Origin: a virus
DNA: 35,767 nt
IMG/VR virus record: IMGVR_UViG_3300000563_000001
Location: 1 to 35,767 of that record
Reading direction: 5' to 3' (one strand)
The translations under genes and the position numbers were made by a program. Each line of letters starts with the position of its first letter. The stretch's first letter is position 1. The notes under the pieces were generated by a model. The model worked only from the letters and a program-made list of their open reading frames with translations, searched no databases and had not been told where the DNA came from. Positions 1 through 7,969 of this stretch are shown piece by piece.

Positions 1-65
1 AATGATATGTTAATATCTAACTTAAGACCATTCCCAGTACCTGCATATCCTAGTTGTTCACCATA
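1..65. repeat. Terminal overlap; bases 1-65 are identical to 35703-35767 (closure of a circular or circularly permuted molecule)
   Basis: Read directly: the first 65 nt (aatgatatgttaatatct...gttcaccata) recur exactly as the last 65 nt. The duplicate lies inside one continuous ORF. Confidence 0.95.
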
Positions 66-108
66 CGCACCAGCTTCAAGCGTTATAACAAACTGTGGTT
101 TATGCTAA
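1..108 (+). CDS. 3' end of the wrap-around ORF that starts at 35202 (Gly-rich/TM/Cys-rich hypothetical protein)
   Basis: Frame 1 is open from base 1 to TAA at 106-108. It is in phase with the ORF opened by ATG 35202 once the 65-nt overlap is collapsed. The C-terminus reads ...PSCSPYAPASSVITNCGLC. Confidence 0.8.
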   Translation, partial: NDMLISNLRPFPVPAYPSCSPYAPASSVITNCGLC

Positions 109-140
109 TTAAATAAAATTTCCCTCAAAAGAGGTGATTA

Positions 141-169
141 AGAGGGACTTAAAACGTCTCTCTTTTTTT
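141..169 (+). terminator. Rho-independent terminator after the wrap-around gene
   Basis: Stem agagggac/gtctctct (8 bp including one G-U), 7-nt loop, then a T-run, about 35 nt after the TAA at 106-108. Confidence 0.7.
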
Positions 170-202
170 ATAAAAAAATAAAATAATAGGAGTGATTTAT
201 AA

Positions 203-550
203 ATGGCATGTTCAAATTTACCTTGCAATCTTTGTAATAGATTATTAAAATCAACTAGCGTAGAAATAAAAGGGGTAGCACCTAACCAAGTTTTAACTAT
301 AACTATACCTAGTACAGAATTAGAAAATTTAGAAAATTACTGTTTGGTTATATGTCAAAAATTGCCAATAGGAAGTGACGAATTACCAGCAGTGGTAAAT
401 GATGGCGGAACTATATTACCTCTAGAATGTAAAAAAGGAAATTATATACACAGTGAACAACTTTGCACAAGAAGAAGATATAGTGTAACTTATGGAAATG
501 ACCCTTTCCATTTAATGATTAATAATAATGTTCCTTTATTTGAAATATAA
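203..550 (+). CDS. Cys-rich hypothetical protein (115 aa, 7 Cys)
   Basis: ORF track. AGGAG at 188-192 lies 10 nt upstream of the ATG. No family recognised. Confidence 0.7.
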   Translation: MACSNLPCNLCNRLLKSTSVEIKGVAPNQVLTITIPSTELENLENYCLVICQKLPIGSDELPAVVNDGGTILPLECKKGNYIHSEQLCTRRRYSVTYGNDPFHLMINNNVPLFEI

Positions 551-747
551 TGAATAACATTAATGACCATACTGCGTTGCAATTATTTATAAGTTTGTTA
601 GGGGTATTAAATTACGAAGAAAATCTAAAACAAACAAGTAATGACGATTTACTAGAAGAATTAAAAACACAAGATAAAGTTTATTTAAATAGAATAATAG
701 AACAAAATGAATTAATAATAAAAATGTTAAAGGAGGTTTCAAGATGA
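550..747 (+). CDS. Hypothetical protein (65 aa)
   Basis: ORF track. TAATG stop/start overlap with the previous gene suggests translational coupling. Confidence 0.6.
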   Translation: MNNINDHTALQLFISLLGVLNYEENLKQTSNDDLLEELKTQDKVYLNRIIEQNELIIKMLKEVSR

Positions 748-1142
748 TAGATAAAGAAGAAATTAATAAGCTCAAAGAACTTAATAAATCTATTGTTGAA
801 AAATCCATGTCTAAAGTTAAAGAATCACTTGATTTAGGAACTTGGGATTGCGAATGTTTCGATACCATGAATGATTCTATAGAAAATTTAGTTAATTTAA
901 GCAAATTAGAAAAATATACAGATAAACAAGAAACAGAAAAAGCTATTGTTGCTAAGAAAATGGACGCTAAAACAGACATAACAGAATTTGAGCAACTAGT
1001 TTATGACATATCTGAAAAATTAGAAGGTAAAGAGGGCACGTTAACACTTACTACTACAATTGCGGAAGTGGTTGAAGATATGGAAATTATTAATCCACGT
1101 CTTTATACTTCTTTAATGAACAAATTAAAGGGGTTGTTATAA
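744..1142 (+). CDS. Hypothetical acidic protein (132 aa)
   Basis: ORF track. ATGA overlap with the previous ORF; AGGAGG at 731-736. Confidence 0.65.
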   Translation: MIDKEEINKLKELNKSIVEKSMSKVKESLDLGTWDCECFDTMNDSIENLVNLSKLEKYTDKQETEKAIVAKKMDAKTDITEFEQLVYDISEKLEGKEGTLTLTTTIAEVVEDMEIINPRLYTSLMNKLKGLL

Positions 1143-1143
1143 T

Positions 1144-1644
1144 ATGGAAACCGATATAATTAAATTATTTAAACAAATAATAGAAAAAAATGCAAATGGA
1201 GAGGTATTCCATGATAATATATCAAGAATGGCTCATATGTGGGGATTACAAGGATTTAAAAGACTGCATAGATATAATTCTTGTGAAGATAGAGCAAGGC
1301 GTGTAAGTTTACAACACTATATAATAGATAGACACGGTGAGAATTTAGAACCAGACTGGACTTATGAAACACCACTTATAAAAAGTATTGAAGAAATGTT
1401 GGACGAATATATAAAATGGGAAGAAAGCGTAATCAGAGAGATGTCTATTGCGGGGAATATGCTTATAGAAAAAGGCTATGTAGTAGAAGGACAAAAAGCA
1501 CAAGCATGTTTATGTGATGTTACAAATGAGATTATAAAAGCTAAAAGATGCAAACAAGATTTTGAAAAAGCTGGTTATAACTGGGAGTATATTAGAATCG
1601 TAGATAAAGAAATCCATGATAAATATAAAGAATTAGAAAAGTAG
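1144..1644 (+). CDS. Hypothetical protein (166 aa); weak resemblance to a ferritin/Dps-like helical bundle
   Basis: ORF track; the start is 2 nt after the previous stop. The segment HMWGLQGFKRLHR...HYIIDRHG loosely resembles the Dps W..G..F..LH helix. The function is not secure. Confidence 0.65.
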   Translation: METDIIKLFKQIIEKNANGEVFHDNISRMAHMWGLQGFKRLHRYNSCEDRARRVSLQHYIIDRHGENLEPDWTYETPLIKSIEEMLDEYIKWEESVIREMSIAGNMLIEKGYVVEGQKAQACLCDVTNEIIKAKRCKQDFEKAGYNWEYIRIVDKEIHDKYKELEK

Positions 1645-1652
1645 GTGTTTAT

Positions 1653-1775
1653 ATGTCATGCATTGTTGAAAATAACGGAATGAAATTTATAAAAATAAAA
1701 GAAGCGGATTATATTAATTTATCTTCTTGTGTTAAAAGAAATCCATTTTTAATATTTATTATTTATCCTAATTAA
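1653..1775 (+). CDS. Possible small ORF (40 aa)
   Basis: ATG 6 nt after AGGTG. Below the ORF-track cutoff. No similarity recognised. Confidence 0.25.
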   Translation: MSCIVENNGMKFIKIKEADYINLSSCVKRNPFLIFIIYPN

Positions 1776-1796
1776 ATAAAAAAGGAGTGATATTTA

Positions 1797-2135
1797 ATGT
1801 CAAGTGCAATAAGTTTGGAATATTTAAATTCAATAGAGGGTGTAGCGAATGGTTTAGCTACTTTAGACGGAACTGGGAAGATTCTATTAACCCAATTACC
1901 CGAGGGAGCTATAGAAACTTACAAAGGAGAATTCGCAACATTATTAGCATTGCAAACTGATTATGACATAGCAAATCTAGCTGACTACGCTTATGTTACA
2001 GAGGATTTATCTTTTTACTACTGGAATAGTAAACTTGCAACACCTGCATGGGTTAACCAAAATATTACAGTAACGAATTATAATTTATTATCTGCTTCTG
2101 AAAAATCAGCAGTGCCATATATTATAATTCCATAA
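1797..2135 (+). CDS. Fibre-like protein (112 aa) with a GLATLDGTGKILLTQLP motif
   Basis: ORF track; AAGGAG upstream. The motif G(L/V)A.LD..GK.....LP is common near the N-terminus of phage tail-fibre or baseplate proteins. The N-terminus MSSAISLEYLNS is paralogous to the next gene. Confidence 0.7.
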   Translation: MSSAISLEYLNSIEGVANGLATLDGTGKILLTQLPEGAIETYKGEFATLLALQTDYDIANLADYAYVTEDLSFYYWNSKLATPAWVNQNITVTNYNLLSASEKSAVPYIIIP

Positions 2136-2150
2136 AAAGGTTGTGATTAA

Positions 2151-2606
2151 ATGAGTTCAAGTGTTAGTTTAGAATATTTAAATTCTGTAATTGCAAATAA
2201 TGGCAATGGAATAAGTGCAGATGGAGGATATTATATAACATTAATTAATAAAACTGGAGCTAATAGTATAAAAGGAACTATAGTAATTGCTTCTACTACA
2301 AACGATAATGCAGTTAATATAGCACCTATTAACTCAGAAAGTCCTATAGGTATTATATTAGAAGATTCGGTGCCGGATGGTTCACCAGTAAAAGTAGTGG
2401 TAAGTGGTAAAGCTTATGTATTATTGGCGAACGGATTAGCATCCACACGTGGATACTGGTGCGAAGTTTCAAGCACACAAGCCGGAAGAATGTCACAACT
2501 AGTTAACCCGAACCCTGCCACTCATTGGGCAGAATTAGGGCATAGTTTAGAGAGCAAAACAGCTGGTACAAATGTTTTATCTTTAGTAGTATTGCATTTT
2601 AATTAG
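2151..2606 (+). CDS. Hypothetical structural-type protein (151 aa), N-terminal paralogue of 1797..2135
   Basis: ORF track. MSSSVSLEYLNS matches 10 of 12 residues of the upstream gene's N-terminus. The beta-rich G/V segment PIGIILEDSVPDGSPVKVVVSGKAYV is reminiscent of decoration or fibre domains, which is impression only. Confidence 0.7.
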   Translation: MSSSVSLEYLNSVIANNGNGISADGGYYITLINKTGANSIKGTIVIASTTNDNAVNIAPINSESPIGIILEDSVPDGSPVKVVVSGKAYVLLANGLASTRGYWCEVSSTQAGRMSQLVNPNPATHWAELGHSLESKTAGTNVLSLVVLHFN

Positions 2607-2632
2607 AGAAGAGGGAAACCTCTTCTTTTTTG
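2607..2632 (+). terminator. Rho-independent terminator
   Basis: agaagagg / cctcttct stem, 4-nt loop, then TTTTTTG, immediately after the TAG at 2604-2606. Confidence 0.8.
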
Positions 2633-2646
2633 TTTTTAAAAAAATA

Positions 2647-2675
2647 TTGAAATAAAATATTAAGAGTGATACAAT
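2647..2675 (+). promoter_or_regulatory. Sigma-A-type promoter TTGAAA-17-TACAAT (with TG at -14/-15)
   Basis: Hexamers read directly: 2647-2652 and 2670-2675 with an exact 17-bp spacer. It precedes the ORF at 2709. Confidence 0.6.
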
Positions 2676-2708
2676 GTATATACAGTCAAATAAAAAGGGG
2701 TTGTTAAA

Positions 2709-3035
2709 ATGGGAATTAAAAAAGTTAATGGGGTATTATTTAAAGGTCAATATTTAGAAAACTTAAAAAAATTAAATAAAGGTAAAACAATAACACATAA
2801 AGATTTTGGGTTGGGGACTTATCACACTACAATAAAATTTGAATTTTTTACCAATCTATTAGATAAAGCAAATATAAAATATAATAAACAAGGTACTAAT
2901 TTTTCTAATTTAAAAATAGTTAGAGTTAAAAAACAAAAAAACCAAGTAGAAATATTGATATTTACAATTATACAAATATTTTTAGCGTGTATAGTAGGTT
3001 GGATAATAGGAAAAATATTAGCTTTTTTATATTAA
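2709..3035 (+). CDS. Tail-anchored membrane protein (108 aa), stand-alone transcription unit
   Basis: ORF track; GGGG SD upstream. The C-terminal hydrophobic helix is ILIFTIIQIFLACIVGWIIGKILAFLY. It has its own promoter and follows a terminator. Confidence 0.65.
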   Translation: MGIKKVNGVLFKGQYLENLKKLNKGKTITHKDFGLGTYHTTIKFEFFTNLLDKANIKYNKQGTNFSNLKIVRVKKQKNQVEILIFTIIQIFLACIVGWIIGKILAFLY

Positions 3036-3096
3036 TGTGATTGCAAATTATAAACTTGCATTTATTTATTTAAAGAAAAAATAAAAATTAATTAAT

Positions 3097-3232
3097 ATAT
3101 TTATATAATAAGAGATATTTTAAATTTTTTCACTCTAAAATCATGTCTTAAGGTGCTATTTAAAGCTATTCTATCGTTAAAATCCGTAAGCGTTTTTGTT
3201 CTAAAAACTGCTTATGTTTTACAAGTTGTCAG
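3097..3232 (-). repeat. Intergenic cassette copy A (core), reverse orientation
   Basis: The reverse complement reads CTGACAACTTGTAAAACATAAGCAG...GCTTTAAATAGCA...CTCTTATTATATAAATAT. It shares a 16-mer and a 13-mer with copy D and a 16-mer with copies B and C. Confidence 0.85.
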
Positions 3233-3284
3233 ATTATAAATTTTGCAAGATTTTAATAATTAGAAATCATTTTTCCTAAAAGTA

Positions 3285-3313
3285 TTGCAATTTATAGCGT
3301 GTTGACGTATGAT
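3285..3313 (+). promoter_or_regulatory. Candidate promoter of the primase-helicase gene (TTGCAA-17-TATGAT), with a GTGTTGACG box in the spacer
   Basis: Hexamers at 3285-3290 and 3308-3313. Alternatively GTGTTGACG (3299-3307) is itself a -35 of the early-promoter family, but no -10 follows at 17 bp. Confidence 0.4.
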
Positions 3314-3345
3314 ATACATATCAACTTTTTGAGGGGGGTTGTTAT

Positions 3346-5754
3346 ATGAAATTAGATTATAAAACTATAAATAGAGATAAGATTAATTATATAAATAATA
3401 ATTTTAAAATGTCAGAAGTAGTAAAAACCATAACTGGCGAACAATGCGACAGGCATGGAAATCTATATTGTCCAATCCACGGTCACAATAAAAAGGAATT
3501 TAATTGTAGTATAAATATTAAAAAAGGAGATAATATTATTACTTGTTGGAGTGAGGGTTGTCTTAGAGGGTCAGGAATATTCAACTTCCTAGACAAATAT
3601 TTGAGGGAAGTAAAAGGATTAAACGACTGGAAAGAAGTATACAAGACTATAGATTCAATTTTGGGAACGGACTTATATATAAAGCCTATAAAACAAGAAA
3701 ACCAAGTGCAAGAGATTACAAGCGACTTTACACATGAATTTAAAGTGGACAAATATTGTAATGAAATAGAACAAGAAATAAAAAAAATAATATTATCTAA
3801 GAAAACAACTGTAATAAACGCGGGGACAGGATTAGGTAAAACTTATATGCTCACAGAAATCGGAAAAGACTTAAGTAAGATTGTAGATAACGTAGTATAT
3901 TTAACAGCTAGAAGAAGTTTGGTTGAAGAGATTTCCCAAAAGTATAATTACACTAGCTTCATGGGAAACGACTTTCTAATGCCAGACAAACCAACTATCG
4001 TAGCCACTACACATAAAGCTTACATGATAAATTATTCTTTGCAGACTAGCGAGTTAGGAGTAGCAGAAGAGGACAATACTAAATTAGAATTTTATGAAAA
4101 AAACTATGGATTAATAATTGATGAGTGCCATCTTCTACACGCATGTAGAAATATAATAGGCAATATAGACGAAATTAGTGAACTTATAAAAAATGCTGAA
4201 TTTGTAATATTTACAAGTGCTAACACAAAACATTTTTATAAAGCGTTTAAAGAAGAATACAATATAAATAATTATATTAATATAGAGAGAAAAGAAAAGG
4301 CATATAATTTAGACAGCTTGGATATAATAAGATTAGAAGCAAATAAAAAAAGTAAACCCGATTGGATAGTAGAAAAATTAAAGAATGATACAAATAAAAT
4401 ATTAATAATAAATAATAATATAAAAGAAAATATAGAGATAGCTGAAAAATTCAAAGAAATTGGGAAGATGGCTATTGAAATAAACGCAAATAATAAAGAC
4501 AACGAAGCATATGAAAATATAATAAATAAATCTCTGCTAAGTTGTGAGATTACTATATGCACTTCTGTACTAGACACAGGTATTAATATAAATACAAGAG
4601 GTGTTACAACAATGATAATAGCCGATTCTATGCAGTTCGATGACATAAGTATAATTCAAGGGTTTGCAAGGACAAGAAGCCTTACAGGAGGGAATAAAGG
4701 TATTTTAGTTCTAAATAAAAGAAAGCAAGAAGTTAAAAGAACAAAAATAAGTGATATCCAAGAATTTATTGAATTTAATACAGAATTAACAAATAAAAAT
4801 TGCTTTAGATTCAATGAACATATGTTTGATTACTATGATTGTAATTCTTTTGAAGAATATAAAATAATTTGGAATTTGCTAAGGGATAATGAGTTATATA
4901 ATTGTACCTCTTCTATGTTAAGAATAAAAACAGATAAATATAATGCTAATCCGAGAATGGAACTCGATGAAACAATGGTTTATGAAGTTAGCAGAAAACA
5001 ACATTTAAAAGATAATTATTATATAGATAGTTTTATATTAGAAATATTAAAAGATGTAGCTAGTAATAATACACAAATAATAAATGAAGTATTTAATTCC
5101 AAAATAGAAAAAGAAAATATAGAAAAATCACAAGATTTTGAAAATTTAATAATAGATATATTAGAAGATGAAAAAATATTTGATATATTAGCAAATGATT
5201 ATATTGAAGAAAAAGACGTAAAAGATAGCGAATTATTAACACAACTTTTCGAAGAAGATGAAAAGAAAATGACTGAATTAAATAGAATAATAAGAAATAT
5301 AATTAAACTTACTAATAAAACCAGCAAGAATATTAATATAGATATAAAAGAATTTATAGAAGAAACTTTTAAAGCTTATATATTAGAGAAAAAGGTAGAA
5401 ACTAATAAAAGAGTAAGAGAATTAAAATTTATAATTTATAATCAGCTCTATCCAAATAAAATAGATTATATGGAACTAGATGGAGTTGGGGATTTGTATT
5501 ACTCTATAATAAGGGAATCATGCGACCTAGTAAGCTCTAGAAGAGGAATTATTACTGATAGAATAAATATGGCTATGGTAAACGAATATTGTATTAGAAA
5601 TGGATATACACCAATTCCAGGAGGAGAATTTAAAAATAAAGGTAAAAAAGTTAATTTAAATAAGATAGCTAAAAATATAAATAACTTAATAAATAATATA
5701 TATAATGTAAATGAAAATGGAAGAATAAACATTTTAATAAAAAAGATAAAATAA
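3346..5754 (+). CDS. Primase (CHC2 zinc finger) / SF2 helicase fusion protein (802 aa)
   Basis: N-terminal CPIHGHNKKEFNCS...ITCWSEGC is a DnaG-type zinc finger. Helicase motifs are AGTGLGKT (I), DECH (II), TSA (III) and QGFARTRS (VI). It is the largest early gene. Confidence 0.8.
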   Translation: MKLDYKTINRDKINYINNNFKMSEVVKTITGEQCDRHGNLYCPIHGHNKKEFNCSINIKKGDNIITCWSEGCLRGSGIFNFLDKYLREVKGLNDWKEVYKTIDSILGTDLYIKPIKQENQVQEITSDFTHEFKVDKYCNEIEQEIKKIILSKKTTVINAGTGLGKTYMLTEIGKDLSKIVDNVVYLTARRSLVEEISQKYNYTSFMGNDFLMPDKPTIVATTHKAYMINYSLQTSELGVAEEDNTKLEFYEKNYGLIIDECHLLHACRNIIGNIDEISELIKNAEFVIFTSANTKHFYKAFKEEYNINNYINIERKEKAYNLDSLDIIRLEANKKSKPDWIVEKLKNDTNKILIINNNIKENIEIAEKFKEIGKMAIEINANNKDNEAYENIINKSLLSCEITICTSVLDTGININTRGVTTMIIADSMQFDDISIIQGFARTRSLTGGNKGILVLNKRKQEVKRTKISDIQEFIEFNTELTNKNCFRFNEHMFDYYDCNSFEEYKIIWNLLRDNELYNCTSSMLRIKTDKYNANPRMELDETMVYEVSRKQHLKDNYYIDSFILEILKDVASNNTQIINEVFNSKIEKENIEKSQDFENLIIDILEDEKIFDILANDYIEEKDVKDSELLTQLFEEDEKKMTELNRIIRNIIKLTNKTSKNINIDIKEFIEETFKAYILEKKVETNKRVRELKFIIYNQLYPNKIDYMELDGVGDLYYSIIRESCDLVSSRRGIITDRINMAMVNEYCIRNGYTPIPGGEFKNKGKKVNLNKIAKNINNLINNIYNVNENGRINILIKKIK

Positions 5755-5766
5755 TCTTAAAAAGTG

Positions 5767-5795
5767 TTGACAATGTATTAGTTATTCTATATAAT
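5767..5795 (+). promoter_or_regulatory. Early promoter gtgTTGACA-17-TATAAT
   Basis: Consensus hexamers with an exact 17-bp spacer. It shares AAGTGTTGACAATGTATT with the promoter at 8617 and TATAATAATAATTGTAG with the one at 11384. Confidence 0.8.
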
Positions 5796-5900
5796 AATAA
5801 TTGTAGAAGATAAGTAGTAGCAAAAAGAATCAAACTCCACTACTACTAAGGAGTTGTATTGTAAAGATTAAATAAAAAAAAATATTGGAGGAATAAAAAA

Positions 5901-6191
5901 ATGGTAGCAATTTGTATGAACAAAGAAATAATAAATTTTAGACAAATTCAAAATAAAAAGAAATTAGAAAATAAAAAGATAAATGATGATAAAGTTAAAA
6001 AAGAATTAGAAATAAAAAGTATAAATAGAATTATAAATAAAAAAATGGTTTCAAGTAGGGAATTGAACTTTCTAATTAAATGCAAACAAATAGATTTAGT
6101 TACAAAAATTGGTATAGATTTTAGAAATTTTAAAATAGTGAATAAATATTTAGTGGTTTATAATGATAGAGTTAATTTAATATATTGTTAA
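5901..6191 (+). CDS. Hypothetical Lys-rich protein (96 aa)
   Basis: ORF track. GGAGG at 5888-5892 lies 8 nt upstream. Confidence 0.55.
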   Translation: MVAICMNKEIINFRQIQNKKKLENKKINDDKVKKELEIKSINRIINKKMVSSRELNFLIKCKQIDLVTKIGIDFRNFKIVNKYLVVYNDRVNLIYC

Positions 6192-6204
6192 AGGAGATAT
6201 TAAA

Positions 6205-6708
6205 ATGAAATTATATGATATAAATGAAAGCATATTAAAAGTAGTGTATATGTACGAAAATGAGGAAATAGATGAAAAAACATATCAAGATACATTGGAA
6301 GGGTTAACTTTAGCACAAAATGATAAAATTGATAATATAGCTTGTTATATTAAACAATTATTAGCAGAAGAAAAAGCATTAAAAGAAGAAATTGACAATT
6401 TAACTAAGAGAAGAAAAGCCAAACAAAAGACTATAGAAAATCTTAAAGAATATATAAGTAATACTATGAAAATAAGTAAAATAGATAAATTAGAAACAAC
6501 TAGAAATATAATAAAATTTAGGAATAATGCTGTAAAAGTTAATATACAAGACGAAGAAAAGTTCCTGTTGTGGGCTATGGAAAATCATGACGATTTATTA
6601 AACTATAAAAAGCCAGATATAAACAAAACTATGATAAAAGAATATTTAAAAGATAATGAAATCGAAGGAGTTAAACTTGTAAGGGAAAAATCTTTACAAA
6701 TTAAATAA
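6205..6708 (+). CDS. Siphovirus Gp157-family protein (167 aa)
   Basis: MKLYDI...TLEGL...DKIDNIA...central coiled coil, about 165 aa, immediately upstream of the recombinase. This is the typical Gp157 layout and sequence pattern. Confidence 0.65.
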   Translation: MKLYDINESILKVVYMYENEEIDEKTYQDTLEGLTLAQNDKIDNIACYIKQLLAEEKALKEEIDNLTKRRKAKQKTIENLKEYISNTMKISKIDKLETTRNIIKFRNNAVKVNIQDEEKFLLWAMENHDDLLNYKKPDINKTMIKEYLKDNEIEGVKLVREKSLQIK

Positions 6709-6722
6709 TTATTAAAAATGTG

Positions 6723-6754
6723 TTGACATTGTATAAATTATAGTGTAATATAAT
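6723..6754 (+). promoter_or_regulatory. Early promoter tgtgTTGACA-17-TAATAT (or 20 bp to TATAAT)
   Basis: GTGTTGACATTGTAT box read directly; -10 candidates at 6746-6751 and 6749-6754. Confidence 0.6.
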
Positions 6755-6769
6755 AAGTGTAATAAATAA

Positions 6770-6795
6770 AGGAGGGATTAACCCTCCTAAGGAGG
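6770..6795 (+). promoter_or_regulatory. GC hairpin abutting the SD in the erf 5' leader
   Basis: aGGAGGG-attaa-CCCTCCt followed by aaGGAGG, then the ATG at 6805. The same design occurs at 7742 and 11703. Confidence 0.6.
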
Positions 6796-6804
6796 ATAAT
6801 TTTA

Positions 6805-7494
6805 ATGATAGAATATAATGAAGAAATTAAAAAAATGAATTTGTGGGAGAAGATATCACAAATAAGTAGTGAAATTGAATACTTAAAAAAAGATGATAAA
6901 GTAGGATTTGGTAACAACGCTTATAAAGCTATTTCAATTGAAAAAGTAATGACAAGCGTATCTGAAAAAATGAATAAGTTTGGAATAGTTATATATCCTA
7001 TACAACAAGTTTACAATAGGAAAGATGAGGAAGTAACTAAAAAAGATGGGACGAAAGGTATAAATAGAATAAGCGATGTTGATGTAAAATACCAGGTTGT
7101 TAATATTCATAATCCACAAGAAACTATTATAGTAGTAAGTGGTGGTACTGGTGTAGATACACAAGACAAAGGTATAGGGAAAGCGATGACATATGCTTAT
7201 AAGAATATGATTATAAAATTATTTGCAATTGCTACCGGCGATGATACTGACAAAATACACTCTGACGATTATACAAATAAATTATTAGGAAATGAAGAAA
7301 AAAAAGATAGTGAAGGTATTAGCGAAAAACAAATTAAAAGATTATATGCTATAGGAAATAAAGCAGGAGTTACTCCTAAGCAAATATTGGCAGGAGCTAA
7401 AAGAGATTATAACATAGTGCAATTAGAAAAATTAAGTAAATTACAATATGATGAATTATGCGAAAAATTAGAAAAAGTAGGGGGTAATAAATAA
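6805..7494 (+). CDS. erf: ERF-family single-strand annealing recombinase (229 aa)
   Basis: AYKAISIEKVMTSVSEKMNKFGIVIYP and GKAMTYAYKNMIIKLFAIATGDDTD match the ERF pattern (..YA.L..v...v...L...G; ..TYA.RY.L....GI..DDD). Neighbours are Gp157 and SSB. Confidence 0.75.
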   Translation: MIEYNEEIKKMNLWEKISQISSEIEYLKKDDKVGFGNNAYKAISIEKVMTSVSEKMNKFGIVIYPIQQVYNRKDEEVTKKDGTKGINRISDVDVKYQVVNIHNPQETIIVVSGGTGVDTQDKGIGKAMTYAYKNMIIKLFAIATGDDTDKIHSDDYTNKLLGNEEKKDSEGISEKQIKRLYAIGNKAGVTPKQILAGAKRDYNIVQLEKLSKLQYDELCEKLEKVGGNK

Positions 7495-7733
7495 TGTGCA
7501 GATATTGTGAGTTTGATTTAATACAAGAACCATTTACAGAAAAGGAAATATTTAGAGGTGACCTCTTCTTACATGAATTAGATAGTGATATGTATATAGA
7601 ACGTGATTATTGCGAAATTGAAATGCAACAATATTTCGGGTATATATTAGTTACTCAATTATCAAACAGAAAAAAGATAGAAGATGAAATAAGATTTTGC
7701 CCTAAATGTGGTAGAGAATTACCTACAAAATAA
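7494..7733 (+). CDS. Zinc-ribbon protein (79 aa)
   Basis: CxxC at the N-terminus (CRYC) and CPKC at the C-terminus. TAATG overlap with erf. Confidence 0.55.
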   Translation: MCRYCEFDLIQEPFTEKEIFRGDLFLHELDSDMYIERDYCEIEMQQYFGYILVTQLSNRKKIEDEIRFCPKCGRELPTK

Positions 7734-7741
7734 TAATAAAT

Positions 7742-7763
7742 GGGGAAATATTCCCCTAGGAGG
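7742..7763 (+). promoter_or_regulatory. GC hairpin abutting the SD
   Basis: GGGGAA-ata-TTCCCC followed directly by TAGGAGG; the ATG at 7773 is 9 nt later. Confidence 0.55.
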
Positions 7764-7772
7764 TGTTGTGCA

Positions 7773-7958
7773 ATGTATAATTATTTTATTAGTTATATCG
7801 GGGTAGATGAATTTGGAAACCCCAATATAGGAAGTTGTGTTAATGTAGCAGAAACAAAAATAAAAGATATAGAGTATATTAGAGCTATAGAAAAAAATCT
7901 ATGTGAAGAAAATAAACTTATAAAAGTTACTATAAACAACTTTATTTTATTAAAATAG
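7773..7958 (+). CDS. Hypothetical protein (61 aa; start trimmed from the ORF-track 7740)
   Basis: The ATG at 7773 has an AGGAGG 9 nt upstream. The ATG at 7740 lies at the foot of the hairpin with no SD. Confidence 0.55.
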   Translation: MYNYFISYIGVDEFGNPNIGSCVNVAETKIKDIEYIRAIEKNLCEENKLIKVTINNFILLK

Positions 7959-7969
7959 GAGGGAATAAC

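Noticed and set aside
1-65. The 65-nt identical ends as a biological direct terminal repeat or cos region.
   Set aside because: The repeat falls in the middle of, and in frame with, a single ORF and has no packaging-site features. This is the typical signature of an assembler closing a circle. Read-terminus analysis would still be needed to locate the true packaging start.
3310-3323. A perfect inverted repeat TGATAT-AC-ATATCA over the -10/+1 region of the primase-helicase promoter, as a possible operator.
   Set aside because: Six-bp-arm palindromes made only of A/T plus one G/C pair are expected many times by chance at this base composition. There is a single copy with no recurrence elsewhere.
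4272-4646. Minus-strand ORFs inside + strand genes. Examples are 587-979, 3483-3752, 4272-4646, 5499-5732, 6934-7164, 10149-10334, 13346-13633, 14634-14861, 16521-16816, 20614-20952, 22103-22297, 26519-26716, 27836-28063, 29492-29692, 30487-30936, 31070-31276, 31328-31594 and 31739-31990.
   Set aside because: All are antisense to well-supported genes, are Leu/Ile/Phe/Ser-rich as expected from reading AT-rich coding DNA backwards, and lack ribosome-binding sites.
5813-5870. A leader hairpin (agtagtag...ctactact, 19-nt loop) followed by AAGGAG and a 5-codon TTG mini-ORF upstream of 5901, as a possible attenuator.
   Set aside because: There is a single occurrence, no T-run, a non-ATG start and a trivially short ORF. 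The evidence is insufficient.
7740-7772. N-terminal extensions given by the ORF track at 7740, 12806, 16894, 19242, 20130, 20946, 33774 and 34911.
   Set aside because: In each case an internal ATG has a canonical SD at 7-10 nt. The upstream start either overlaps the SD or a hairpin, or has no SD.
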